DNA of 63,984 nt, filler included, from Basidioascus undulatus (GCA_000826855.1; 10 parts of 10 records of this genome joined end to end with filler, not necessarily neighbours in it), one strand, 5' to 3'; positions 1-13,846 are shown, counted from the first letter of the whole stretch. Made by a program: numbers and translations. Notes: a model not told the origin generated them from the sequence alone.

Positions 1-916
1 GAGCCCGCCGAGACCGCCGCCGAGTCTGTGCCCGAGCCGACGCATGCCGATGAGGCACACGCCCACGAGGCACCCGCCGACGAAGCGCACCCCGATGCAG
101 CGCACGCTGACGAAGCGCCTGCGGACGACTCGCGTCCTTCAGAAGCGCCTGTGGACTCGCCGACGGAGTCAGATGTCGCTGCTGTCGACGACACGGCGCG
201 GCCGGCGGAGGAAGAGTCCGCGGAGGTCGCCTTTGCAGAGGTGGCCGAGACAGCGCCGGAGGCGGCGGGCGAAGCGGAAGCCGACCGCTCCACATCCGCC
301 ACTGTACTGGGCGACGATGACAAGTGGGATGAGACGGAGCCGTATGAAGAAGGTGCGCATATGGTCTTGTTCCGCTTCACGAGGCTGTCGATGTTGATCG
401 AGCTGTTTACGCAGATATTTATGCTGAAGCTGGTGAGGTGGATGGCGAGTACGAGGAGCCTCAAGACCCCTCTGCAGGTACGTCCGGTCGCTGCCCAGGA
501 CGTGGGACCGTTTCGCTGACGCGTTCATTGCCTCTCTGCAGCTGGTTATGCCAATGGCCTGGTCGACGTTCAGACGTCCGAGCAAGTGTCTGGACAAGCT
601 GGTGAGTTCAGGTCTTCGTCGCTCCTGGCAGGGTATAGGGGCTGACAGTTATCGCGCTCAGACATCGGTCTCGTCCAAGGTCACGCGCAAGACGGTCCCG
701 AGTCCGCAGCGGAGCAGCCGCGCGTCGGCGCAGACGAGCCTAAGCCGGTCCCTTCGCTCGTCACGTCCAAGCGCTCTTTTGACGACATCGCCGAGCTATC
801 TGAGAGCAACCCGGTCGAGATCGGTGAGTCTCGCGAATTGCAATCTGGTCCGGCGAGCGCCCTGATTGACTAGTGGTTTCTCCTTAGCTGAAAGCAAGCG
901 CATCAAGGTCGAGTGA
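1..916 (+). CDS. 3' part of an acidic, low-complexity (Glu/Ala/Asp-rich) probable nuclear protein
   Basis: Five exons splice in frame over four GT-AG introns (donors after about 352, 477, 601 and 823) and end ...KRSFDDIAELSESNPVEI/AESKRIKVE* (TGA 914-916), which resembles a bipartite NLS. The 5' end lies outside the window. Confidence 0.7.
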
Positions 917-1714
917 AGCTGCGCGCGCTTCCGACACCGGCCTTTTTTCCGTTTCGCATCATCCCTCTGCCTGTTCTCCCTCCTTCTCTTTCCATCCGCA
1001 CCCGGCCAACACTTCGAACGCCGCGATACCCGACCCACGCGCGACCCGTGCCCGCGCGCGTTCGCGCGTTCGCACGTGCCTCGCTCTCTGAAACCCTCCC
1101 CCAACCCTCTCCTCTCCTCGCCAACGACTTCATTTCGCTGCGTTCCTCCTCCCAAGTCCGACTGACCTTCTCGCTTGGTGTTCCCGACCGCCTTCAAGGC
1201 CGCCGCCTTTAGCTCCGCAAGATTCCTCCGCAAGCGCACAGGTCTAAGTTGTTTCCGCCTTCTCTACGTGACCACCTTTTGTTGCCCATCGTCTTTCTCC
1301 GTTCATCTCCTTTCCACTTTACTGCTTGGCATCCGTTATGACCGCCTCCGCATCTTCACCCCGCTTCGTTTCTCCTTTTTTGGTTGCAGTTGGGCTTCGT
1401 GGGCTTTCGCTTTGTGACTTTGTCGTCGTTGTGCTTGGGGTTTCTGCCGTTTCTTTTGTAGTTTGCCAATCATGTACAGTAACTAACACTCGCATGTTTT
1501 GTTTACATCACCGCCCGATTGCGCCACTCTGTCGAGCTGAAGTTGGCTGAACCGGCTCAACCACACAAGGCATGCGCAACAGCGAATGGACATCTTGGAC
1601 ATTGTTCGAGAGCTTTCGGTCATACTTTTACATTGAACATTGCGTTACGAGGAGGTACAGAGAACATAATATGGACTTGGTGGCGACATGTCCGTCGGCA
1701 ACGAGAGCCAGCGC

Positions 1715-2292
<578 letters not shown>

Positions 2293-3308
2293 GTTGTGCT
2301 TTAGTTTGTGTTTGGATGGGGTGGATAGGGTGGATGGAGCGAGAGATGTGCGACGATGAGCGGTCGCGACGGTGGTGAGAGTGGTGGATGGAGGATGGAG
2401 GGAGAGCAGCGAGGCGCGACGCGATTCCCGATATTGGGACTTCACTACCTAACCTTAGCCAGCGTGACCAAGTGTGGTTGTGGTGAGGGGTTCTTTTTTC
2501 TGTTGCATCGTTTCTTATTTGGTTTTAAACAGGTAATAAAGGAAATGAACCGCGCAATAAACAGCGTTGCCTGCGCAACACTTACCGGGGACGTCCTTGA
2601 ATGTGGCCCGCAGTTCGCGGCGCAGGCCGTCGCGAACGACATTGATCACACAATCAACATGCATGTGGCCAGGTCCTCCTCGCGAAGGCGGGGGTTGGTG
2701 ATCTTGGGACCGTATTATCTCTTTTCTCACGCCAAGCCAGCTACAGTCGAAGTATTCCCCGGGGTTGATCCATAAAGTAGCTAATGGAGGAATAAACTTG
2801 TTTAAAGAAAACTAGCGCCAAGATTGTGCTTCGCTCGTTCCACATCGCAGTTTATGCCGTTGGACAGGTCCAGTGTCGCCGGGCTCACCTGCCGGCACCC
2901 CAGTCTTCTGAGATCATGCCAGCGTCAATTCAGGGCAAGATAAAGTCCACTTATAAACATTTGATCTCGAAATTTAAAATTGTAGAAGATGCTTCAGCCC
3001 TCGCTTATCTCGTCCTTCATGCAACAGCAGTGCGAGCGGGCCGCGCCTGAACCAACCTGAACAGCAGCTGGTTGGTGGGTCTGCTGAGCGCTGTGGGTAT
3101 TGTTTTTCGATCATCGTATCGAGTACTCGCGCAGTCCCATGTGTACCGAAGGTTATTCCGCCCCCCCCCTTCCTTCGGCGTGCAAGATCCGGGCTGCATG
3201 GGGTGAATCAACCATCTGCCTGGCATTTCCCTTGCCGAGCCCTTACTTCCTCCGTCCCAGCCACCCTCCCCACAGCGTTCCACCTTTGTTCTTTGCAAAT
3301 CCATAAGC

Positions 3309-4200
3309 ATGTCCAACCCGAACCTGACCCACTCCGTTTTCACGCTCCGGCAGAAGCTTGCTTGGCTGCCGGACCCCTTGTCCTCTCGCTCGAATAGGGC
3401 ACGCACTTCCTAGACCTGCGCGTTGCGGCCGAGGGGCCCAAGAATGGCACAATCGACTGGAGCATGGCTGGTGTACGGCAGATATTGGATGGTTCCACAG
3501 CAGGTGAGTAGGCTGACGCCAAGCACGTCTCTTGAGATGCTTTCATTTCCTTCTGAAGTTCGAGCGCTGGAAACGTCTTCCTTGACTTCTTACAGAGTCT
3601 ACCAAGCTTTAGCTTCCACAGCATCATCAACGCGCGCGCGCTTGCCGAGGGGATCCACCCCGAGCTCCCGTCGTCGCTCATCAACCCCGAAGAGTCCGCG
3701 TCAGACCTGGCAGGAACGACCCAGGATGACGTGACCGTCAGGGACCTGAGGGACCTGCCGAACGGCGACCACTTCCTAGAGGCGGGGCGGATGCCAATGC
3801 CAAAACCGGACTCTGCAACGGACCCGCAGACGTACGTGCTCTTCGAGGAGACGTACCGCAAGCTGTGCGCGCCGGCAGAGTCTCAGTCCTCCTCGAGTCC
3901 GTAGGTGGCGACGGCCCCCGCAAGGCGTACGTGGGGATTATCGACCGCTGGTCGCTCGGGTTGATGGACGACGGGGAGGGCGACAGTACCTCGCGTGGAG
4001 GGACAACCTTGCCGAGAACGATGGTACTTGGACCGAGAAGTACCGCTTTGGCGGTGAGCGCGCCAGGTTTCTCGTCCCGCGCATTCCAGACGACATCCCC
4101 GGGGGCTGGGACGTGGGCGCTCTCGTTCAGCATGGGGAGGGGAAGTGAGTCGTCCGCACGAACCAGACGGTGGCTCGAAGGTGGAAACGGAAGGGTTGAG
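3309..4200 (+). pseudogene. HRI1: HRI1-family pseudogene
   Basis: HRI1-like blocks lie in different frames: KLAWLPDP / LVLSLE*GTHFLDLRV..IDWSMAG / SFHSIINAR..DLPNGDHFLEAGRMP..FEETYRKL / VSVLLES..KAYVGIIDRWSLGLM / YLAWRD..GALVQHGEGK*VVR. In-frame stops at 3395 and 4146, plus several frameshifts. Confidence 0.72.
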
Positions 4201-4601
4201 CGCTGTTATCAATTTCATATTGGCTTGCGGTTCCTTGGCTCGCTGGAAGGTGTCTGTGCTGTTGCTATCTCAACGTTTGGCTTGTATGAACGGGAGTCTG
4301 TTGTGCGGATTGTTGAAACGCTGCTCACTCTGTGCAGCTGTCAACTGCTTGATCTGACATTGACGTCGCTATCTGGCCCGAGTGACACCTTCCCTGCAAC
4401 GTCTCATGGGCGACTAACTACTTGACCGATCGGCGTGGTGAGGATATCTCACAAATTCAAAAGTTACTATAGAAGGAAAGTAAACTGACCAAAGGGAGAA
4501 GGAAAGGGACGACTACACTCAGATCGACTGCTTGTCTTTCTGCCACCACCGCACTTCGCCACGCTTGCGCTTGGCTTCGTATCATCCGCCTCCTGAACGC
4601 C

Positions 4602-6833
4602 ATGATCTCACGCACCCCTAGCCTAGAAGCGGACTCGGACTCCTCAGATGTCCCCGAGCTCATTCACCCGAGTCGTCGTCGCTCGGCTTCCCACTCGCGC
4701 TCTGCGGCCGTCGCCTCCTCGCTCTCCTGCTCGTCCCAGCACGAACGACGCACCCATCGCCTTGAGCGCTCCCCGAGCGCAGAGATCGAAGTTCCTGAGA
4801 TGTATGAAGAGGGGTTGGACTTTGACTTGGACAACGTGCTGGAGGGAAAGTTCAACGGGCGCCGCGAGGCGGACCTCTCGGAAGATGACGACGAAGGGTG
4901 GGTGGACGGCGAAGATGATGAGTTCCTCAAGTTGGAGGGTGAAGAAGACCCCGACAACGAGCGGTGTGTTCAATCTTCCTCCCACCCCTAACTCAGCTCA
5001 ACAACTCCCCGCGCATATATGCAGGCAGCAGCTCATCCTCGCTCTCGAGGGCCTCGCCCTGAGCTTCATCCAGCAACTCGCGCACACGCTCGAGTCCGCG
5101 CCAACGGACGGCGAAAACGACGACGAGCCGGTCGCGGTAGTCATCGAGCTTGTGAACCGCAAGGACGGCGGTGGATGGAGGAGGGTGCGGTACCCCCGTA
5201 AGGGCGATGGTGGAACGCGGGCGCTGGGTCAGGCCGCAGGCATTCGTCGAGGGGGAGGGAAGAGTTGAAACTGATGTATGAGGGGATGGTACACCGTTCA
5301 GGGTGTCTCTTACGGGTCGTCGATATCGTGCATGAGGCTCTCGTGGACGGGATCGTCCTCACAAAGCGGTGCGTTCGCTGCTCTGCTCGACCATTCACAG
5401 CTGTCCTCTGATGCGCCTCCGAGGCCTTGGAACAGGGACATATATTATAGGCAGCCCGAACTTTTTGTTTCGCAGAAGACTGTAGACAATGTGAGCTTCT
5501 TCGGAGCAGACGCAGCCGCCGGAGGGGCTTGACGCGCCTGAACAGATCATCGAGGACCTTGCCGCAACGTTCGGAGTTCGGAGGGCCGCGCTCAACGTGG
5601 TAATATATTATTTCACACCCCACCGCTATCGTATCCACTCAGCGTTGATTGATTGGCCACATGCACAGCGCGCAGCCGCGAAGGGCCTCTTCAGCGGCTC
5701 CGGCCTTCAAATAACGCTCGCGTCGGGAGACGTTCTGCAAGGAAGCGACGCCCAGGTTTGTCTTGTCTTCTCTCGGTCCTCTATCCCGAGGATCTACCCA
5801 GACTGACAGTTGTCACGAGCAGGGTACATCTATCCCGTCTCTCGAAGACGTCGCGCTCATTGAAGTGGTGCGTGCGCTCCAAGGACTTCTGTTTCTCCAG
5901 CCTCGCTCAGCTTTCGTTGCAGGAAGACGACATCGCTTGGGTGCTCGTCATCGAGAAGGAAGCTGTCGCGCAGACGCTTTGGTCGCAGGGGTTTACGTTC
6001 CACGAGACAATCGGCCGGGGAATCGTGCTCACGGTCCGTTCATGCGCACAAGCGCCTTCGCTTTGAACGCGAAGGAGTGCTCACTACTCGGAAATGTCAC
6101 GTAGGGAAAAGGTTACCCAGATGTATCAACACGCGAACTCCTGCGCGCATTAGCCGATGAGCTCCCTCCCGAGTAACGCTTTTCAGCCTCGTCTTCCAGC
6201 CACCCATGGCTTTCCATTTCCCTGCTCACCCAGCATCCACGTCAGTATTCCCTTCCTCGCTCTCGTAGACTGCGACCCGCACGGGCTCGAGATCTTCTCG
6301 ACGTACCAGCGCGGCAGCTCTGGGTCGGGGCATGAAGCCGCTCGGCTGGCGGTGCCCCGTCTGACATGGATCGGGCTGAAAAGCAGCGATTGGGATTCGT
6401 GCGTTCCCAATCCCAAGCTCTTCCTTTGTCTGTGGCCCAGCCGACGCCCTGGTGAAATGGGACAGGCTCGACCTCGACGACGACCAGCTTATCCCGCTCA
6501 CGGTCCTCGACCACAAAAAGGCGACGTCCATGCTCGCGCGCTCCGACGTCGTGGAATCATGGAAGCGCGTCCTTTCTTCTATTTTCTTCTCCATACACTC
6601 CTTTCTTTTTCACCTCCTTTTGCATCTCGCTCAAGCATGACTGACTGGCGAGCACGGAGTCTGTCTTTATCCATCCTAACAGGCGCGAGCTGCAGATCAT
6701 GCTGCACACCAACTCCAAAGCCGAAATCCAGCTCCTTCAGCAACACAACAGCAGCAGCGCTGCCGCGGGTTCGACGAGCGCAGACTTGCTCGTCGACTAC
6801 CTCGTGCGGAAGATCAGTCCTAGATTGGCTTGA
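4602..6833 (+). CDS. SPO11: Meiotic double-strand-break transesterase Spo11 (Topo VIA family)
   Basis: Multi-exon and in frame. Motifs: TKRDIYYRQPELF (catalytic Tyr region), AAKGLF, VLVIEKEAV, GKGYPDVSTR, LVDCDPHGLEI (Toprim DxD), KAEIQ. TGA at 6831-6833. Confidence 0.95.
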
Positions 6834-7681
6834 GGAGGTCGCGCATTGCCTTTTCTTCTTTGGGTTTCGGCCCTCCTTTGTCCCCCCCTTTTCTCTCTTT
6901 TCTTTCCGCTTTCTCTGCATTCTTCGTACTTGGAGACGCAGCGCCAGCCTCTGTGAACATGCATTCACAGTCGAAGCTATGACTCCGAGCAAACATGTGC
7001 GTGTGCGCTTTTGCGTCCGCAGTGAAACGGCTTGCTGGCGCACTGGCGCTTGACTTTGCATGCCCCTGTGCCATAAGAACCGCGAGAGAGTTGGGGATGA
7101 CAGCTCATAGAGGCAAGACAGGACCAGGAAGCCCGGAAGAGCTCGAGCTCATACTGAAGGCGTCGTTGCATCTCGACGAGACGAAAGACAGCCACGAGCA
7201 TGAAGCCGCTTCTGGTTTGGGACGTGCGGGAAGATGTACATGAACCAACGATATGTCGCTTCTGAGGCGATATAAATATCAACGTAGCGGCAGCCGCAAA
7301 CGTCAATTACTTAGCATTTTCATGCCACTCGAAAGCAGATGAACCGTCATGCAGTTCCGGTCTGCGATCGAAATGGAATAGTGTCGAGACAAACTTGCAG
7401 CCCGGGCGGCGGAAGTAAGGCAGCAGCCACTTTTCGATAAGGTTCTATGAGTGAAGCTGTATGAAAAGGGGTGGGTTGAGTGAATTGGTAACTGAGCACA
7501 GCAAGACTGAGCCAACAGCGCCCGCCAGGGGTCGACGTCACGATGTGCAAATGGGGTATCGATGCGAGCGTGCGGTGGGTGATAAAAGTACAGATGAGGA
7601 CGAGAATATCAGGGCGGGACAGGGTTGCAGGAGTGAGGATTATGCGTGAACGAGTGATGAGGCCGGTACAGGTTGAAGACG

Positions 7682-8406
7682 TTAGTCGAGCCGCTCGAGG
7701 TACTCGAGGCGGTTAAGCACGACGTTTTTGGACGTCTCTTCGATCTCCCCCGCCAGGAACACTTCGTCGAGGATCGCGTAGACCTGGATTGAGGGTTAAG
7801 ACGTACGTGAATACGCGGAGAAGCAAAGAACGGGGGAGGGGACAACCGCGAGTCGGTCAATACGTGTTATAAGACTTGAGATAGTGATGGTAGAGTTTAC
7901 CTTGTAGAAGTTGAAGACGAGATCGAGTTCGCAGACGTTGGAGAAGAACGAGTCTGCGCGGTGGGAAGCGGAATTAGATGGCCGAAGCCGAGGCGCCGTA
8001 GGTGGTATTGTGGCATTATGGAAAGCCCGACCGGCCCAACAACATATAAGTGGTTCCATCACTCACCAAGCACCTCCACAAATAGGTGAATAGCCTCCAA
8101 ATACGCCAGCTCGTTATCATTCGCGTCTACGCAGACGCAGAAGAACAGGCCGGCATAGCGGCGATAGACGATCTTGTAGTTGCGGAACTCCACGAAATTG
8201 GACTGATATTTCTGATCCCGCGGTGCAATCAGGCGGTGCACCTCGCCTCGGAGCCGGACCTGTGCGGGGAGAGGATGAGGGGGAAGACGCGAGGGGAGAT
8301 GGGAGAGATGTGGGCGCACCTTCTCCTCGTCGTCAAACGGCACGTACCACTTGGACAGGCGCGTCTTGCCTTGCCGGTTCTGCACGAGGATGAACTTGAT
8401 CGCCAT
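7682..8406 (-). CDS. APS2: AP-2 adaptor complex sigma subunit
   Basis: [21 protein letters not shown]...[12 protein letters not shown]...[64 protein letters not shown]. Confidence 0.96.
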
Positions 8407-11400
8407 GCTGTCTCGGTCGAGCGGAAAATGCGATGATCGGAGAGGACAATGTGGATGAGAGCTGAGAGCGAGCGTGGTTCGGCACTCGGAAGCGCACTGA
8501 CGCTACGCGCACAACCGTGGTCAGCCCGTGGACTCGAATACACACTCAAGTCTCCGTGAGTCTCCCAGTTGAACAGCCTCTTCTGTCGCGCCAGCATGCA
8601 TGGATCGTGGAATCACATCTGAAAAATGTGGGTATTCGGTGAATATCGATTCGGGTTTTATAATCATGTGCCGGCGCTTCGGCAAAATTTCAGGCGAAGT
8701 TGGCATCGCCACTCCGGCACAGCAGCCTTGCTACTCGCCTTCATTACGCTGAATAATCCCAAATGCCAGAGCGACATACGGAAATTTGAAAGCCTGTTTT
8801 GGCTAGACTTCTTTGGAAAGCCTGAACGTTCGACGGACGTGAGCGCCTTCATTCCAAAACACTGAAATGCCACGGCTTGCATACTGTCACTGGCGTTCAG
8901 CAACAGCGGTACAGCTATACAGCTTACCTGTATTCTCCCATGCTCACTTCTCATATTCTATAACTAGCAGGAAATATCCAGGAAACCGGTATAAGAGCCT
9001 TGCACTGGGATGATTTGCCCAACATCTGATTCGGTGCGGCTGATGCAGTGAGTTCCAGCCTCAAGCTCGAGTACACAGGCTATTTCCAAAGAGTGCCCGG
9101 TTACAAAGGCCCAAAAATGAAATACCAGTAATGTCCTTCCGGTCTCATGACTGTGAGATCAGGAACCCGTGTAGCAGCCACTGAAGTTCAGTTGACGCGT
9201 TCTGTCGACTCTGTCGCCTGATAGGGTTCTGGCAGTCTAAACTCTTATATAATAGTCCTACGCCAGCCAAGGAACAATAGCCCCACACGATCCGACAGCT
9301 GAAAGTCGCTCAAACGCAGTACAGGTTTGACTGTGGCGGACTGTGAATCGCTCCCGCCAACTCCCACAGCCGACGCCTCTTTGGCTTGCTGTCTTCACAG
9401 TCAGGTACGACTCTGGTTGTCTGAAAGTCGTCCTGACAAAGCGCCAGCGAGCTGAGTGCAAGTGCATTCTTGGGTACAGCTCTCCGCCGTACCTCGCGTG
9501 CACATTACTGGCAATGAGAAGCAGCTGCAGGCCGGCGCGCACAGGGTCACCCAGCAATCTAGTATCCTTTCTTCTGCGGTTCAATAGAAGAAGCAGTAAG
9601 AATCGGTAAATCTACTTAGCAAGTTGAGAAAACATTGCTGGGTAGTACTTCAATGCAAGCTTTAAAAATATTACAGAACAGAGCAGCTGAGTCATGACAA
9701 GAGACCACGCATAGCACCCCGCTGCCTGACACGACAGCGCCTGACAGTTATAGGCTCCTCTCTCGTTTAGATCTCCCAAAAAATACTATTGGTAATTAGA
9801 ATGTCAATTCACTTAAATAATCATTGAGAATGTTGTATGAGCCTTCCACAGCAGTCGATGGGAGAAAGAGCGACGAGAGGGACGAGAGCGTGATCCACCT
9901 GGGACAAGTCGACTCCCAAGATCTGTCTCAAACGTTGAGGGTTATATCTTGTATTTCCTCGGGTTTGGAAATACCGACGTTCTTTCACGCTGGCCAGTGG
10001 GTCGGGCATCGTCGACGACTGATGGAAGACGACCGTGAACTCCGGGGAGGCTGGAGGAAGAAGAGGCAGCGAGGCAGCAGCCAGTCCCGTTTCTCAGAGA
10101 CATCGGCATCAACAAAATTGATGAAGCTTCCTGTAAAATTTTGATTTGGACCGGCCCATGCTCGGCTGCTTGTTTGCGGTGGTCACAGGTAGACGGGCTG
10201 GCGGGTCCGCCTCGGGCATGCTTTGGTCGGACACGGATCCGCCCTCAGTGCCGCCGGGTACTTGCACGCCTGTGCTCTGTCCTTTCTGATGTTCAAAAAG
10301 ACTCTGTTTTTCAGACTACATTCACTTTCTCTGTACACAGACCCACCAATTGTGCGAGCGCATCTCTAGCAAACTGCTACTAGTATCGAGCCAAAGCAAG
10401 CGCACAAGCGACAGCGCCGTATCCGGACAACATGCGGTCCCCCGCCAGACAAAGACCCGGTCAGACCGTCGGAGGGTAATTAGGCACGTCTTGAAAAGTT
10501 TCAGGCACGTCTAGCCTGTTGTTCTGTCGTCAGGACATGCTTGAAAAGGTGCACCCACTTCCGGAGACCGAAGTGCCAGCTCTGCAGGCAAGTGCAAAAG
10601 AGCAGCATGTGTTTCAGGTACCCACGCACGAAAGATCCGCGTTGTCTGTCGAGTTCACGTCCGCCTTTGAGCAATCCACATGTGGTCGTTACCGTCAGCT
10701 GTCGGAAGAGACGTCTGAAAACCCTTTTGCGAGCCATATTTGCGGGCGAGAAGACAAGGATGAAAGGCCGAGGGAGTGGCGGCGAGTGGGCCGTGGTCGA
10801 TCCGTGCGCGACGCGTCCTTTGTCTTTATTAATGAAGACACGCGACTTTTCTCACGCTTGGTTGAGCATCTACCCTCCGAGTGAGCCGCTCCTCATGCGG
10901 CTCTGGCACAGTTTGCGCTCGCCTCCTCTTCTTGTCCTCTTAAGGACTGCTCCCAGGCGTGCTCCTGCTCTCTTCCTCCTTGCCCTCCCTCCTCATACCC
11001 CATACACACCCGCTTAGGCCGGGCTGCTACGACCTTTGTTTATCTCATCGACGACGCGACGCAGCATCATTTGCATTCTCCTCACGCATCCCCGGGGATC
11101 TGGACATCCTCGCACGCTTCTCTTCTATAATTCCACCCGCATCTCTCCCCTAGTGGAGCAGCACCCGCGCACGCGCACGAGTACGAGCACACGAGCACGA
11201 GCACTTCCTCGACGTTGAACGCCGTCCATCCATCCATCCATCCATCCGCACGACGCTCTTGCAGGACCGAGAGCACCCGCACTGCACGCCTCCCCACCCA
11301 CACTCTCGCGAACACCCGCATAAATCCCCACCGTAAGCCTCTATTCTACACATCTCGCCGCCCATTTCCAGGTGCTGAAAAACTGACGTTGGTCTTCAAC

Positions 11401-11415
11401 CCCGCCAGCCAAACG

Positions 11416-12264
11416 ATGGACCCGCAATCCGCCCTGCCCATCTTCACCTCGTACCTCCTCCCCCGCCTCTCCTCCTCCTGGCACCCGTCCTCCCCACTCA
11501 CGGGCTCCGCTCACCGCGCCCTCACCCCGCGCGACCCGCTCCTCCTCCGCGCTCTCGCCGACGCCGGGCCCTTCACCCTCAAGCACGGCGAGTGGGTCCT
11601 CTGGGCCGACCCCGGGTGCGTGAGCGTGCGCGAGGGCCGCGGACGAATCCGCGTCCTCTGGGGCGAGCTGCCCGAGTCCGTCGCGGCGGCGGCGGAGGAG
11701 GAGGAGGAGGAGGAGGAAGATGAGGACGAGGCGTGGATCCTCTCCCCCTCCTCCGCGAGCCCCCCCATCACCATTGCGCCGACATCTCCGCGTGCGCCTC
11801 CGCCAGGCCCGGCATTCTGGACCTCGCCGCAGCGCTCGCGTGCGATTCCGATCGTGCGGCCGACCGCCTCGAGCGCGATCGCGACGCAGTCCTCCCTCGC
11901 GCTTATCTCCCTCCTCAACTCCTCCCTCCATCCCGCGGCGTCCGCGGCGCCCGCGCGCAACACCCCCTCCCCCACGCCCTCCACGTCGTCCTCCCACTCT
12001 TGGACGTCCGGCAGCTCGTCCACGACGGCCCCCAGCAGTGTCTCGTCCAGCGCGTCCTCCGCGACGCGCAAGCAGCGCACGGTGCTCTACGAGCACGGGA
12101 ACGTCATGGTCCGCGGCGGGGGGGTTATGCTCGGCGCGAGCGCCGCTGCCTCCGGCGCGCCCCCCACGAGCCCCAAGCGCAGCAGGGGGCGCAGGCGCCG
12201 CGGGCAGGGCAGCGCCGGCGCGGGGGCGGGTACTAGGACGCCCGTGCCCGGGATGATGTTCTGA
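11416..12264 (+). CDS. BTG/Tob (anti-proliferative) domain protein with a Ser/Pro-rich tail
   Basis: LSSSWHPSSPLTGSAHRAL..DPLLLRAL..EWVLWADPGCVSVREG resembles the BTG box A/B pattern (HWxPxxPxxGSxxR; LWxDPxxVS). C-terminal GNVMVRGGGVMLG. An acceptor at about 11408 suggests an upstream exon. Confidence 0.65.
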   Translation: MDPQSALPIFTSYLLPRLSSSWHPSSPLTGSAHRALTPRDPLLLRALADAGPFTLKHGEWVLWADPGCVSVREGRGRIRVLWGELPESVAAAAEEEEEEEEDEDEAWILSPSSASPPITIAPTSPRAPPPGPAFWTSPQRSRAIPIVRPTASSAIATQSSLALISLLNSSLHPAASAAPARNTPSPTPSTSSSHSWTSGSSSTTAPSSVSSSASSATRKQRTVLYEHGNVMVRGGGVMLGASAAASGAPPTSPKRSRGRRRRGQGSAGAGAGTRTPVPGMMF

Positions 12265-13846
12265 GGGCTAAGTCCTCGTCGGACATTTCGCTTCTTCTTC
12301 TTCTTCCTCCTGCCTGGTTGCTCGTTGCATCGTAATCCTCCCCTCCTCATCTATTCATTAATGGACACTTCCCTCTGCCTCTTTGTCCCCCTATGCCCCC
12401 TCCTCCCCACTCACCTATGTCCTATGCCCACCACCGCCCAACGGACGCTATCCCCTTCTCCCTTCTCCTAAATACTTCTCAAATCATACCAAATCATACC
12501 CCTTCCAACCCATTCAAGTATATCCCTTCACCCATTCACACTGCGTGCCCCCTTCGCACATACCCACGTTGCACGCCGGTCTGTCGCATACTTCACAACA
12601 CCACACACTGCATACTACGATCTTTGGTTTTTTCCTTCTCGAGCTTCTTCTTTGCTTGGCTGGCTTGTCGTGCGCGGAATTGATACATTTCTGCTACTTG
12701 TCGTCTACTACCCCCCTGTTTGCCGGAGTGCGGAGCGGTGTGTGGAATGAGCCCGGAGATGGTTTGGTGGAACTTGGTGGGACCGTTGCTCCTTCGAGAA
12801 GGATACTGTCGAGATGGAAGCACTGCAGAGTAATAGTTTCTTTGGCCACGCCGACACGATGTCTTCGTCACTCGGCAGTCCAGCGCGCTGGCAGGCATGG
12901 CACAACTGCAGGTGAGGTCCCCCAATCCCACATTGATCCCACATGTACACTGACAAGCCATATGCAGATATGTATGCACCGAGAGGCTTTCGCCGCTGCA
13001 GTTACATGAGGATCTTGGAGTTCACGATACCTATTGTCCATTCAGCGAAGTGCAAAAGCTCGCAGTGCTTACAGATTACAGATTGCTGATTACAGATTGC
13101 TGGCAGTCGTCTACAGCGCGCCAGTGTGCCTTCGTGCGGGACGTATCTGGAAGCCGGTGTTCAGTTCAACGATCAAGCCTGGTAGCGAGCCTGGTGGGTG
13201 GTTGTGGGACTGAGTCACTGAGGCCCCTGAGGGGAGTACTACTTGGAACTTTTCTGAAAAGTAGTGTCTTTCACCTATATGTCTTCGCGATCCACTCTCG
13301 GCCGTCGAGGTGCGCGCAACTGCCAGTCGGTAAAACGCAAGTCATAGATTCCCCACACTGATGAGCCATGCGCGGAGGGGACTTTTAACGGCTGAAGGAG
13401 GCTCGTGAAGCTCATTATGATGTCCAACCGGACAAGTGCGAGGCAATGCTGCGGTCAGTGCCGACGATACGCCTTCAGGACCTTTCTCACTTTAGTGTCG
13501 ACCGAGGCCGGCCGTGACACAACCGGGCCCATAGAATACGTTTTGCATCTTTACTCATAATGCCTGCTGTCGCTCGCAACCCTCTCATTCATCACATTTA
13601 GTGGATGTAGCGCCGCGACCATTCTCGTTGTCGTCAACTCGTCCGCTTCTTGCGACGCAAACCAGGTCCCTCCGGCGGTCTAGCTGGAAATATAAACCGC
13701 TCTCTATCCGCCTGCGCTCGACTTTCTCCCATATCCAACCCATATCCATTGCATCCCCTGGTCCGCACGTCTTTACCAGATCCGCCCACTTCCCAAACCC
13801 CCCACGTACCTCCCACCCTCACTCTCCCGCACCACCACCCCCCGCC

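Noticed and set aside
2293..3300. Expected divergent histone H3 partner of H4
   Set aside because: No ARTKQTARK or other H3 peptide is visible in any frame upstream.
11160..11250. GCACGA-like and (CCAT)n repeats upstream of the BTG gene
   Set aside because: Ordinary microsatellite-like UTR or intron sequence with no spacer structure.
11341..12256. Long antisense and alternative-frame ORFs over GC-rich genes (also over ARG1, eIF3m, SulP and others)
   Set aside because: Expected shadow ORFs of high-GC3 coding sequence; the translations are Arg/Pro/Ser-rich and lack motifs.
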